64,000 bases of DNA, taken from an uncultured virus (IMG/VR IMGVR_UViG_3300031414_000019) (lineage: Duplodnaviria > Heunggongvirae > Uroviricota > Caudoviricetes). Positions 18,309 to 27,710 of this stretch are shown here, in pieces. The notes under the pieces were generated by a model. That model searched no databases. It was not told the origin of the DNA and worked only from the letters and a program-made list of their open reading frames with translations. The translations under genes and the position numbers were made by a program. Each line of letters opens with the position of its first letter. Positions within the stretch are counted from its first letter, which is position 1. The DNA lies in IMG/VR virus record IMGVR_UViG_3300031414_000019, positions 1 to 64,000 of that record, one strand, 5' to 3'.

Positions 18309-20317
18309 CAACAGCTCTTGTTGAGTCGTCAGTTGGAATAGCGGACGCTTATCCAGCTCGTGAGCTATTGAAAATGCCAACAGATGCAATTTGGGCTAAG
18401 TTCGACCAGCCCAAGTTTAAGATCAACGTTAAGTTCGATAACGGCATTGTACAAACCACCGGTCGTGAACTAATACTCTCCCAGTATTTCTGGGAGTTCC
18501 ATCGGCGCTATCCGGAAACGCCGTTATTAGTTGAGCATCTGATGGACCCAAAGGTTCGCCTTAATAAAGGTACGTCCCTGCAAATGATCGGAAACGCATT
18601 CTGGTCGGTGTGGGATACGTATTCGGGTTCGGTGAGTCTGAATGATCTTCAGCTCTGTGCGTATGAAGTAACTAACACTTTGTATAACGAAATCGTGTAT
18701 CGCTTACCGGCATACGTGACCAGTATCTCGGCTAAGGACTTCATCGATGTATTGCGACACCCTGAACTGGTAGATGCCCTGTCAAAAGCAGTGCCTACTC
18801 AGAACAGCATTGCAAACATCAGTCGCGTAGTACAGAGTATTCTCACCCGTGAAGGAGAACTGGTGGGGAACCGTCCTGCGGAATCGGCCAAATCCGGTTT
18901 GGTTTCAGCAGGACAGCAGAACCAGATATTCGGTGGACATCGATTCGTAACGGATATCGATTCCAACGTCTTCCCCCACGCAATGATGGCTGGTTATGCT
19001 CGTGGCATGCATCGCTTGCATGACTATGCCATCGAATCACGATCTGCTTCTAAGGCACTGTTCTTTGCAAAAGATCCGCTGGCTGAAGTAGAGTATCTGA
19101 ACCGTCAGCTTCAGCTGTTAGCACAGAGTTTGCGTCACCTCTTTAAAGGGGACTGTGGTAGTACAATCATGCTGCCATTGACAATGACAACCTCTGCTGA
19201 CCTGAAGACCTATCAAGGTAAGTATTATTACGTAGAAGAAGCGCCGGGTACCGCACCTACCCTACATCGCATCACTACTGCGGATAAACACCTGCTGGGT
19301 CAACGTGTGTATGTGCGCAGCCCATTAGGGTGTCGTTGCTTACCACATCAGGGCGTGTGTCAGGCGTGTCTGGGTGAGATCTCGTTACAGATTCCAGATG
19401 GTGCTAACTTAGGCCACCTGTCTGTAATCGAACTCTGTTCTGGTGTATCACAGAACGTGTTGTCAACTAAGCACTTGGATAGCGGTGCATCTATTGAACC
19501 GTTCTTCATCAGTGAAGGTGATCGTGCGTTCTTGGTCAACGGTAAGAAAGAAAGTCAGATTAATCTCAACCCTAATCTGGCAACTCGTCACACCATCATG
19601 ACCGTCAGTCAGACTGATGCATTTAACCTGACTGAACTCAACCACGTTAAAGATCTGACCGTGTTACCAATCACTCGTATTTCAGAGATCGAGTCGGTTA
19701 CACTGACCTTTGACGACCTGGGTACGGAAGACCGGTTAGCTCTTGACGTATCTGTGGCTGTGGGTTCTCGTAAGAGTTCCTTCACTACGGCTTTCCTTGC
19801 GTATATCAAGCGTAAGGGATGGTCGGCTACAGAAGGGCGCGGGTATGAGATTGATCTCAGCGATTGGGATTTCAGCAAGCCAGTCTTCGAACTGCCGCTG
19901 AAGAACATCAACACCTTGGAGTTTATGGCCGAGGTTGCTGACATCATCAAGTTCAAGCGTCTACGTCGTCGTCGCGACAAACGTGCAAAAGAAATGGCCC
20001 GTTCTGAGGACGAGCTGGCGGCGCTGGTAGTGGAGCTACACGATACGGTTAACAAACGCTTTACGTTTAACATTGCACACTGTGAGTTGATCTTGGCGGT
20101 GTGTCTGGTACGTGATGCTAAGACCGGCGATTATCGTTTCCCACATCCAGAAGAACCGCGTGAGTTTGCGCCGTTTAAAGAGTTGATGAACAACCGTAGT
20201 ATGACCGTGGATTATGCGTTTGAGAAGCATGGTCAGACTCTGTTGAACATCGATAGCTTCCTTAACCCTGAACGCCCGTCGCATCCAATGGATCGTATTT
20301 ATTTACCCGATCTGTAA
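18305..20317 (+). CDS. Non-virion RNAP beta' C-terminal subunit (phiKZ gp74-like)
   Basis: SRSASKAL bridge-helix-like segment, YLNRQL, DCGS, RSPLGC...VCQACLG zinc site, and SQNVLSTKH trigger loop. Confidence 0.92.
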   Translation: MTTALVESSVGIADAYPARELLKMPTDAIWAKFDQPKFKINVKFDNGIVQTTGRELILSQYFWEFHRRYPETPLLVEHLMDPKVRLNKGTSLQMIGNAFWSVWDTYSGSVSLNDLQLCAYEVTNTLYNEIVYRLPAYVTSISAKDFIDVLRHPELVDALSKAVPTQNSIANISRVVQSILTREGELVGNRPAESAKSGLVSAGQQNQIFGGHRFVTDIDSNVFPHAMMAGYARGMHRLHDYAIESRSASKALFFAKDPLAEVEYLNRQLQLLAQSLRHLFKGDCGSTIMLPLTMTTSADLKTYQGKYYYVEEAPGTAPTLHRITTADKHLLGQRVYVRSPLGCRCLPHQGVCQACLGEISLQIPDGANLGHLSVIELCSGVSQNVLSTKHLDSGASIEPFFISEGDRAFLVNGKKESQINLNPNLATRHTIMTVSQTDAFNLTELNHVKDLTVLPITRISEIESVTLTFDDLGTEDRLALDVSVAVGSRKSSFTTAFLAYIKRKGWSATEGRGYEIDLSDWDFSKPVFELPLKNINTLEFMAEVADIIKFKRLRRRRDKRAKEMARSEDELAALVVELHDTVNKRFTFNIAHCELILAVCLVRDAKTGDYRFPHPEEPREFAPFKELMNNRSMTVDYAFEKHGQTLLNIDSFLNPERPSHPMDRIYLPDL

Positions 20318-20369
20318 ATAGTATGTTTAACCGGGGACTCCGGTCCCCTAAACTACTATGGAGGCATAG

Positions 20370-21908
20370 ATGGCGTCTGTTAAACTGGAGGTCTACGGTC
20401 AGAGCGTAAAGATCATTCCACTTGACCCGTATGCTAAAGCCTGCGCGTTAGAGTTCTGTCGGAGTATGATCAAATACAAGACAGAGCGTATCGTTGATAC
20501 ATCGCGTGGGTATCATGCAAAGCTGGTTAAAGTGCCTGACGTTACGTTCGCCGCAGCTCCCGTCAGTCGTGAATTCTTCTGCGTCCACCGTGGCCAGTTA
20601 GATGAATTCAAGACCTATCTGGTTCGTTGTGGGATTACCCCAGCGGAAATCGAAGTAGTCATGGTACCGGAGTATACTCCGATTAAAGCCAACCTGAAAA
20701 TGAAATCGTTTTGGGTTGACAAGCCTCATCAGACACCAATCATTCAGTTTATACTGGAAGACGGTAAATTGAAGATCCTACCTGTTCAGACAGGTGGGGG
20801 TAAAACGTATATGGCGTTGAAGGCGGCCTCGATTATCGGGGAACGCATGATGCTCATTACTCGTGGCGGGTATATCGATAAGTGGATTGAAGACGTTAAG
20901 AAGACGTATGATATCGACGATGATCGCATACTCGTTGTGAAGGGTGAGAAAGCCCTAATGCGTGCAATCGATAAGGCTAAGTCGGGTGACTTCGACTATG
21001 ACGTACTACTGGTGTCAACCGGTGGGATGAGTGATTACATTAAACACTACGAACTCTACCACGGCACGGAAATGGGCGAGCATTACCTTGACCCTCGTGC
21101 ACTGGGTATGTTGTTCGGTGTAGGTCTGCGTGTTGTCGATGAGGCACACCAGATGCTGCACGCCTACTTCCGCATTGATCTATACAGTCACTTTAATAAG
21201 GTGCTGTTCTTGTCGGCTACTATACTGGCAAACGATGCGTTGGAAAAGCGTGTACATGAAATCATTTATCCGCACGATTCCCGTTACAATGGTGCAGAGT
21301 GGAAGTGCTACATTACTGCCACTGCCCTGCGCTACAATCTGGAAGAACCGCATAAGGCACGCTTTAAAGACCACAGAAAGAATTACTCTCATGTGATCTA
21401 CGAGCAGTACCTGATGCGCAACAAAGAGAAGCTGAAACACTACCTTAATATGGTAGGGAATCTCACGAACGATTTCTTAAAGAATCGTAAGGAAGGTCAG
21501 AAGTATTTGATCTTTGCTTCGACTGTTGACATGTGCGACATCATGGTGGGTGACCTCAAGAAACGCTTCCCCAGTGTTATTGTTGGTCGTTACGTGGCTG
21601 AGGATAATCTTGAAGATATCTACGGTTACGACGTTATCGTGACAACGCCTGGTTCTGGTGGTACCGGTATCGACATTCCGGATCTTGCTAAAGCTCTTGC
21701 AACATGTGCCGTTAGCTCAGCCAAACTTAACGTGCAGATGCTCGGTCGCTTGCGTGAGCTGAAGAACTATCCGGGTGAAGAACCTGAGTACCAATATCTG
21801 GTTTGTTACGACATCCCCAAACAGGTGGAATACCACAACCAGAAACTCGAACTGTTCAAAGAGAAAGTTAAACATCACCGCGAACAGAATACGGGTGCGT
21901 TAGTATAA
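20370..21908 (+). CDS. Superfamily 2 (DEAH, UvsW/RAD25-like) helicase (phiKZ gp75-like)
   Basis: Walker A QTGGGKT, DEAH, SAT, GTGIDIPDL and QMLGRLR motifs. Confidence 0.92.
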   Translation: MASVKLEVYGQSVKIIPLDPYAKACALEFCRSMIKYKTERIVDTSRGYHAKLVKVPDVTFAAAPVSREFFCVHRGQLDEFKTYLVRCGITPAEIEVVMVPEYTPIKANLKMKSFWVDKPHQTPIIQFILEDGKLKILPVQTGGGKTYMALKAASIIGERMMLITRGGYIDKWIEDVKKTYDIDDDRILVVKGEKALMRAIDKAKSGDFDYDVLLVSTGGMSDYIKHYELYHGTEMGEHYLDPRALGMLFGVGLRVVDEAHQMLHAYFRIDLYSHFNKVLFLSATILANDALEKRVHEIIYPHDSRYNGAEWKCYITATALRYNLEEPHKARFKDHRKNYSHVIYEQYLMRNKEKLKHYLNMVGNLTNDFLKNRKEGQKYLIFASTVDMCDIMVGDLKKRFPSVIVGRYVAEDNLEDIYGYDVIVTTPGSGGTGIDIPDLAKALATCAVSSAKLNVQMLGRLRELKNYPGEEPEYQYLVCYDIPKQVEYHNQKLELFKEKVKHHREQNTGALV

Positions 21909-21910
21909 GT

Positions 21911-21948
21911 GGACTCCCGGGACTTCGGTTCTGGGGGTCTTTTATGTC
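21911..21948 (+). terminator. Hairpin terminator
   Basis: GGACTCCCGGGAC-TTCG-GTTCTGGGGGTCT (with G-U pairs), then TTTATGTCG. Confidence 0.65.
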
Positions 21949-21966
21949 GTTACGAGGAGTAAAATA

Positions 21967-22509
21967 ATGGGTACACAAGTTACATACGCGAATCTCGATC
22001 GCCGTCGTGATGAAATCCTGATGGCTATCAACAGCACCGATTCGATTACATCCATCGAGCGTCGTTTTGACAACGGTCGTGTGGGTCGCATTAGTGAGTG
22101 GTTTAATAAACAATTCGGCCTATCTCCCACGGTATTTCGTCGCCGCACGGCCGCCGGCTCCACAGCGATGGTCTCTGGGAATTTCTATTTCCTCGATGCG
22201 CCACGCGCAACACGTCAACAGATCGCTCAGTGGTTCGAGGAACAGAAATCGGATGCTGTGTTGCGCAGTAATTTACCGGAAGGCGATTATCAGATCTGGA
22301 CTATCGGCGACTACACTTGTGTGATGTGCACTGACAGCTACCAGAAAACAAAAACGGTATATCGTAAGATCTATAATTACGATCTGGATCTGGACCACCC
22401 GTTACTGAAAGGTACAATGGCATGTTTACACAGTACCGAGTGCCGGGGTGTTACACTGCCAGATTCCACTGTCGCGTACATGCTCGGTTTGATTTGGTTG
22501 GGTGACTGA
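21967..22509 (+). CDS. Hypothetical protein
   Basis: 180 aa ORF with GAGGAG RBS. Confidence 0.8.
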   Translation: MGTQVTYANLDRRRDEILMAINSTDSITSIERRFDNGRVGRISEWFNKQFGLSPTVFRRRTAAGSTAMVSGNFYFLDAPRATRQQIAQWFEEQKSDAVLRSNLPEGDYQIWTIGDYTCVMCTDSYQKTKTVYRKIYNYDLDLDHPLLKGTMACLHSTECRGVTLPDSTVAYMLGLIWLGD

Positions 22510-22556
22510 TAACTAAACAGTTAAAGGAAACGTCCCCACTTCTATAAGGAAACGAA

Positions 22557-23102
22557 ATGTCGCAGATTACTATTGACAATTTAATCGATGTACTGAATGG
22601 AGCAGACAGGCTCGGTTCAGTTCCAGCAACAGTGAAGCATGAACTCATCGGGGAGATCGATCCCTTTAGTCCCGATCTTACAGCAAGTGAAAGATTGCTT
22701 GTTCTAAGGGCCTGTAAGCAGTCCAAACCTTTCTTTATGTGGATGTTAAGGCAGTTGATCATAAAGCCGCCTGCGGAGCCTAAGGACGTCCTGTGGGGCA
22801 CCGTTAGCCTACTGATTAACACTACCGGACCACTGACGGTGATGTTGAATGAGTTGTTGGCCCGCAGCTATCCGATCTTGCGTGGTAAGTCACCTAACAT
22901 AACGTGCTGGATGTTTGAGTCAGGGCACTTGTGTATCGTTGCGACTTACGGCGATAACGGCAAGACGTATAAGCATGTTGCTAAGGTATCGGCTGATACT
23001 TTGGAGCGGGTTGGCGCTAAGTTCAAACCAGCGGGTGTCCGTGGCCGCCACATTGCCGGACTGTTCGATCGTTCTTGGGTAGGGTTTATGTCGAATGAGT
23101 AA
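22557..23102 (+). CDS. Hypothetical protein, paralog family A (with N-terminal IDP-x-S-xx-LT module)
   Basis: AAGGA RBS. Shares motifs with 23095 and 23444. Confidence 0.8.
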   Translation: MSQITIDNLIDVLNGADRLGSVPATVKHELIGEIDPFSPDLTASERLLVLRACKQSKPFFMWMLRQLIIKPPAEPKDVLWGTVSLLINTTGPLTVMLNELLARSYPILRGKSPNITCWMFESGHLCIVATYGDNGKTYKHVAKVSADTLERVGAKFKPAGVRGRHIAGLFDRSWVGFMSNE

Positions 23103-23478
23103 AAGAAAGGTATTGCCATTAAAGGCTGTGGGTGCCGAAAGGGCATGGGGGTCAGTAACGGAAGTAAAGATTGCCAACACTCGCTTTGGCGGGTCGGTGA
23201 TTGCTGCCATGTTAAAGCGCTATCCCGAACTGCGTGGTCACAGTGTCAGTTTGAAAGGCTGGTTGTTCGAGTGTGGTGTGCTGGCGGTAATGGCGATTCC
23301 TCGTCAGGATAACGCGATGTGCTATCGTTTGTTTGGTGAGGCTACGGAGGAGTCCCTCCGTAGTGCCGGAGCATCTCTTAAACGATCGGCCGCCTCGGCC
23401 CACGAAATAGCCGACCTGTTCTATTTAGAGTATAAGGAACAAAATGATGAAAGAGTCTGCGAGTGCACGCCTACGTAG
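23095..23478 (+). CDS. Hypothetical protein, paralog family A (core domain only)
   Basis: WGSV...YPELRG...WLFECG...L..AGA.L motifs are shared with its neighbours. Confidence 0.8.
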   Translation: MSKRKVLPLKAVGAERAWGSVTEVKIANTRFGGSVIAAMLKRYPELRGHSVSLKGWLFECGVLAVMAIPRQDNAMCYRLFGEATEESLRSAGASLKRSAASAHEIADLFYLEYKEQNDERVCECTPT

Positions 23479-23998
23479 GGCATTCCCGCGCATTACAGAT
23501 GAGGAAGCGAATAACCTCATCGGCGACATTGACCCCTGGTCAACCAAACTCACTGATGCAGAGCGTGAAAAAGTTACGCAGTTGTGTAAAGACGTACCGG
23601 GTTTCTTTTTCTGGATGATGCACAAAGGAAATGAGAAGAAGCCAATCTACAATAGCGCATGGCGATACAGGCCACCTCGTTTACGCCATGACGTTTGCGG
23701 TGGGGTTCGAAGCGTCGATTTGTCTGAGGGGAGCTTTGGTATTGTTCTGTTGGACTACATACGACACGACCATAAGAATCTCGCCGGGCGCGAGCTTACC
23801 ATTCGTGCATGGTACTACGACAGCGGGCACCTTCTGATACTGGGTACCATAAAGGACTCAGACCTTCCATCGATTAAGATGGTTGTGTCAACCATACCCG
23901 CGATCATTGAACGCCACGGTGCTAAGTTGGTCAAAACTGACTTTGAACCTGCCGTGTTAGCAGCGCTTTTCGATTTGCAATATAAGGAGTACCAGTGA
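23444..23998 (+). CDS. Hypothetical protein, paralog family A (with N-terminal module)
   Basis: AAGGA RBS; LIGDIDPWSTKLT and WYYDSGHL motifs. Confidence 0.8.
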   Translation: MMKESASARLRRAFPRITDEEANNLIGDIDPWSTKLTDAEREKVTQLCKDVPGFFFWMMHKGNEKKPIYNSAWRYRPPRLRHDVCGGVRSVDLSEGSFGIVLLDYIRHDHKNLAGRELTIRAWYYDSGHLLILGTIKDSDLPSIKMVVSTIPAIIERHGAKLVKTDFEPAVLAALFDLQYKEYQ

Positions 23999-24501
23999 TT
24001 ACCATAATGCCTATCATAATTGCACCCGATGGCGGTGCATTAAAGGTGGACCCAAAGGACGCAACGGACTGGATGGTGATTCGTCCAGGTGCCAATCGAC
24101 CCGATAAGCGCTCTATCCACGCGCGGCAGGACAAAGCCATTGAGGTTGCGCGCGAAATAGCCAAAAGCGAAGGTGTTGGTTTTGGCTGTGCCATGTTGTC
24201 GACTAAGACCCTGGGCGATTCCACCATTTCGATGGCTGAGTCGTGTGGGGCTAGTGAGTTCTATGTAGTGCCCATGATCGAAGACGAGGTATCCGGTGAA
24301 CTTACAGCCTGCGCAGATCAAGAGGCGACTACTTGGGGTGTGACTAAGCGTCGCAGTGAACAAGACGTTGACCACGACCCCGTAGATTCGGTGTTGGCAC
24401 AGTTCAATACTCGATACGGCGCAGATAGACTGTTGTCTAATATCCTTGACTATCGTGACCCACCGCTTTACGTGGAGAACAACGAAGACTTCACGGATTA
24501 A
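23995..24501 (+). CDS. Hypothetical protein, paralog family B (two internal repeats)
   Basis: GTG start with AAGGAG RBS. Repeated P...A..W.V unit. Confidence 0.75.
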   Translation: MITIMPIIIAPDGGALKVDPKDATDWMVIRPGANRPDKRSIHARQDKAIEVAREIAKSEGVGFGCAMLSTKTLGDSTISMAESCGASEFYVVPMIEDEVSGELTACADQEATTWGVTKRRSEQDVDHDPVDSVLAQFNTRYGADRLLSNILDYRDPPLYVENNEDFTD

Positions 24502-24507
24502 AAGATT

Positions 24508-24524
24508 TTTAGATATACACTACT
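24508..24524 (+). promoter_or_regulatory. Putative early promoter (variant)
   Basis: TTTAGATATACACTACT aligns with the other four motif copies. Confidence 0.45.
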
Positions 24525-24589
24525 TACTTGATTACTAATGGTAGCCCTTAATTGGGCTACTTTCTTTTATGCTCTTAAGGAATAAAATC

Positions 24590-25075
24590 ATGACTGATAA
24601 AATCGACCTGGCTGGCTTTAAATCATTCGAACTGTCTCCGATCAAAATCAATTACGACAACTCAACCTTCGGTCGCAATGAGGTGTCGGTTTGCTCTATT
24701 TTAGAATCCGACGAGTGGGCTGTTTATGGCCGTAACGGTGATGGCACCGTTACTCATCTCTTCGATGGCGGGCAGCGCACTGCCATGGGTATCTTAAGGA
24801 TTGCCAATCCTGACGCCACTATCTATCTGAAAACCGATACGGACTGTGTGCAGATCACTCCAACCCACGGTACGAAGTCGTTTGGTGTGCTGCCTTGCCG
24901 CATTGGCGACAATGGCGTACTGGAAGTACTCAGCAGTGAGGCCGGTGTCGAGAAGTGGGGTCTGTTTGCATTCTATAGCACTGGCGACAAATCTAAGTCT
25001 TACATCGAACTCGGTCGTTGGTCTAATAAAGAAGCGGCGTATTTCGCGCTCTCTGCGATCATCTACACGGCATAA
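24590..25075 (+). CDS. Hypothetical protein, paralog family B (two internal repeats)
   Basis: ATG 24590 follows an AAGGA RBS. Repeated F..xP...EV...E...W.(V/L) unit. Confidence 0.75.
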   Translation: MTDKIDLAGFKSFELSPIKINYDNSTFGRNEVSVCSILESDEWAVYGRNGDGTVTHLFDGGQRTAMGILRIANPDATIYLKTDTDCVQITPTHGTKSFGVLPCRIGDNGVLEVLSSEAGVEKWGLFAFYSTGDKSKSYIELGRWSNKEAAYFALSAIIYTA

Positions 25076-25133
25076 AAAGCCAGCCTCCTCTATCCTTCGG
25101 GATAGAGGAGTGCTATGCTTATTTTTTTTTTTT
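25068..25133. terminator. Bidirectional terminator / structured repeat
   Basis: CTCCTCTATCC-TTCG-GGATAGAGGAG stem with CGGCATAA and TATGC flanks and a T12 tract, between convergent genes. Confidence 0.8.
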
Positions 25134-25134
25134 G

Positions 25135-25623
25135 CTATTTACCGCCACGCAGTTCCTGTTCGAGCTTACGCAGATCAGCATCGGACGCGCCAGTAGGTGC
25201 CGCTTGACCGATTGCGCTTAAACGTATCAACTCTTCGGAGTACTCTCGTGGGAGGTTCAGAAAGTCGATCAAGTCTAACCCAAAGCGATCTTTAATGGGA
25301 TGCTTTAAATAACGTGCAATTTGATTGTACAACCCACTACCTTCAGTGTATCGTTCGCTCTCATGCATGCTGACAATACTCAACGGGTTAGCCTGCGGAG
25401 AATCATGGTTAAAAATGCCATAACTCTGATCGTAGGACTCATTGAGCACGATGTCTATCTCTTCACCACTAAGTGGTTTTTCGAGACGGAATAAAAGCGT
25501 ACCGATTTCAGTACGCTCTCGGTCCACATCCCTACCGAAGCTAGGGTCGGCGACGTGCCACGCTAGATTGCGTTTTCTTCCCTCAGTGCCTGATCGATCT
25601 TGTGGCGCTGAAGGGTCAAAAAA
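25135..25623 (-). CDS. -1 frame extension of the gp77-like gene (GT-like tail/baseplate assembly chaperone C-terminal part)
   Basis: The frame is open from the slippery site at 25623 to the stop at 25135. The ORF track calls it only from a GTG at 25527 that has no well-spaced RBS. The C-terminal FGLDLIDFLNLPRE resembles GT/T4 gp51-like chaperone tails. Confidence 0.7.
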   Translation of the reverse strand, partial: FFDPSAPQDRSGTEGRKRNLAWHVADPSFGRDVDRERTEIGTLLFRLEKPLSGEEIDIVLNESYDQSYGIFNHDSPQANPLSIVSMHESERYTEGSGLYNQIARYLKHPIKDRFGLDLIDFLNLPREYSEELIRLSAIGQAAPTGASDADLRKLEQELRGGK

Positions 25624-27197
25624 ACTTGCATCATGTCGATTGGGATAATGCGTGACTTAGGACCATTGGCCTTCATCTGCAACTCTCCACACTTCGGACA
25701 TGCGTAGTTTAAATAACCGATAACACAAACAGTTGTAGCATCGATGAAAGCACCCACCGCTTTGATGAATGTGCGCTTAACATCGTCGACACTTGCAATC
25801 TGCACAGTACACGCCTCGATTGACGCACGGTCTTCGATACGGGTCGTGATCCCTTTCTCATCCGTTACCTCAATCGCCTTAACCCAGTGGCTGTATTGGC
25901 GAGGTGCGGTGGTGCGAGCAACGTCACTGATATAGTCGCTACGCTCTTTGCCAGTCAGGTTATTACCGAACTGGCTGTCCGTCGCAGATACGATGGCCTC
26001 TACCCAGCTATAGCCGGAGTTCTCGTACATCTCGATGGTCGGTGAACCAAACTCGATGGTCATCTGCTCGTTGAGCTTAGCGACGTTAGCGCCGACGCGC
26101 AGTCCGAATTCGGACTGGTATTCGTCGATCGTAGCCTGGGTGGTGCGAGCACTACGTTGAGTCATGATCGCTTTCTGCTTATCAGAAAGCATACTGCGAT
26201 CCACCCATTGCAGTTTACCGATATCCAGCAGCGCTTCCACGATGTGGGTACACTTAGTGATATCAGTCATGCAAGGCTGACGATACGGATATCCGCCCGG
26301 ATAGATAGCTGTTACCATACCCCAGATCAGCGTAGGAAGGTCCTGAGTTTTCAGAATCTTCTTAATGGTTGCTGGGTCATCGGTCGGCGCGGTTGAGCTA
26401 TACAGATGACTCAGGATGAAGTTGATCAGATGCCCAGCAATGTAAACCGACGTGTTGGAGAATACCAGACCTTTGGTCATACGACCGAGGGCTACTTTCT
26501 CCATGGCAATACGACGTTCCAGCTCGTACAGTTCTACGTCACCTGGTGCTTTGATGCTAACCCAGATGCCAGAGTGCCAACACGGGATCTGAATGATCGC
26601 ACCCATACCCACAGCACGCGTAACGCGAGCCAGTGCATCAGCACCAACCAGACGCTCACCAGATTCAACCGGCAGGCGTTGGCTACGACCTGCGTAGCGT
26701 ACACTGTTGATCTCAATACCCTGACCCCATTCACCACGAGCGGTTACTGACTCTTCGAACGGGGCACGACCATTGGCGGTGCGGAAATAGTTAGGGTACG
26801 CTTCTTCTACTGCTTCAACCCAGGCAGCTTGCGCCTTAGGATCATCGATACGAGCGTCATCGACCTGACTGTTTAACAGGTCAACTGTGCCGGCCAGTGT
26901 ACCATAAAGAATACTTAACGGTGGCAGACCACGAGTCTGCGCATTATTAGCATTGGCTTTACGGGTATCCAGTGGATTGATCAGGGTAGACTCAACCTTG
27001 GGTTCGGTATACTTATCTTCATCCGGCAAGTTACCAAACTCAGGTGCTTCTTCATCGGGTACACTGTAGTTAGGCGGTAAAGGAATGTCATCTTCCTCTG
27101 CCACCTGACCTTCAGTTTGCGCTGGTATTGTTTCGGCAACAGGAGCCTGTACATGTTCAGCTGGTGTTGAGTTTTCGGGGTCAATTGAACCAGTCAT
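25563..27197 (-). CDS. Conserved core protein (phiKZ gp77-like); T4 gp26-like baseplate/tail assembly chaperone with zinc ligands
   Basis: 544 aa with an acidic N-terminus, QIPCWHSGIW, CxxxxxxC and CPKCG. Reverse orientation matches synteny. Confidence 0.7.
   Translation of the reverse strand: MTGSIDPENSTPAEHVQAPVAETIPAQTEGQVAEEDDIPLPPNYSVPDEEAPEFGNLPDEDKYTEPKVESTLINPLDTRKANANNAQTRGLPPLSILYGTLAGTVDLLNSQVDDARIDDPKAQAAWVEAVEEAYPNYFRTANGRAPFEESVTARGEWGQGIEINSVRYAGRSQRLPVESGERLVGADALARVTRAVGMGAIIQIPCWHSGIWVSIKAPGDVELYELERRIAMEKVALGRMTKGLVFSNTSVYIAGHLINFILSHLYSSTAPTDDPATIKKILKTQDLPTLIWGMVTAIYPGGYPYRQPCMTDITKCTHIVEALLDIGKLQWVDRSMLSDKQKAIMTQRSARTTQATIDEYQSEFGLRVGANVAKLNEQMTIEFGSPTIEMYENSGYSWVEAIVSATDSQFGNNLTGKERSDYISDVARTTAPRQYSHWVKAIEVTDEKGITTRIEDRASIEACTVQIASVDDVKRTFIKAVGAFIDATTVCVIGYLNYACPKCGELQMKANGPKSRIIPIDMMQVFLTLQRHKIDQALREENAI
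25617..25623 (-). promoter_or_regulatory. Programmed -1 ribosomal frameshift slippery heptamer T_TTT_TTG
   Basis: In-frame X_XXY_YYZ heptamer, followed by a GC-rich stem, with the -1 frame open into the downstream ORF. Confidence 0.7.
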
Positions 27198-27637
27198 GCA
27201 TTACTCCCAATCGTTGCATTCATTTTTGCACGGGCAGCGTCGATGATGCTGCACATGTTTTCCATGGTCGGTGCCACACCGCGTCCAAATCGGTTAAGCC
27301 AGTCTTCATAACGCTGACTGACATTCAGGACGACCATAATATTGTTAGCGCCGAGGGTGCCGGTACGCAGATTGTTATCTGCCGTACGAATTTCAGAAAG
27401 GGTCTGTTGAACATCTTGCAGGCGACCAGAGAGGCGTTCAGCCATGGAAACCAGCTCTGGAAGGTTAGCGACATGCTTCAACAATTCGGTATCACGAAGA
27501 TCCTTTCCTAATTGTGTGCAAGTTGCTATAAGTGAAAGACAATGACCATGAAGTTGATCGAGTTCTGCGAAGGTCTCCGCTTGATCGGCCGCTGACATTG
27601 TGGGTGCACCACCTGGGGTACTTCTACGCTTACTCAT
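27194..27637 (-). CDS. Hypothetical helical protein
   Basis: 147 aa, AAGGA RBS, ATGA overlap with the gp77-like gene. Confidence 0.8.
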   Translation of the reverse strand: MSKRRSTPGGAPTMSAADQAETFAELDQLHGHCLSLIATCTQLGKDLRDTELLKHVANLPELVSMAERLSGRLQDVQQTLSEIRTADNNLRTGTLGANNIMVVLNVSQRYEDWLNRFGRGVAPTMENMCSIIDAARAKMNATIGSNA

Positions 27638-27710
27638 CTCGTTTCCTTTGTTATAGCAATTTTATCCATAACGTTTAATACCCCGGTAAGAAAATACTTA
27701 AGGAGTACCT

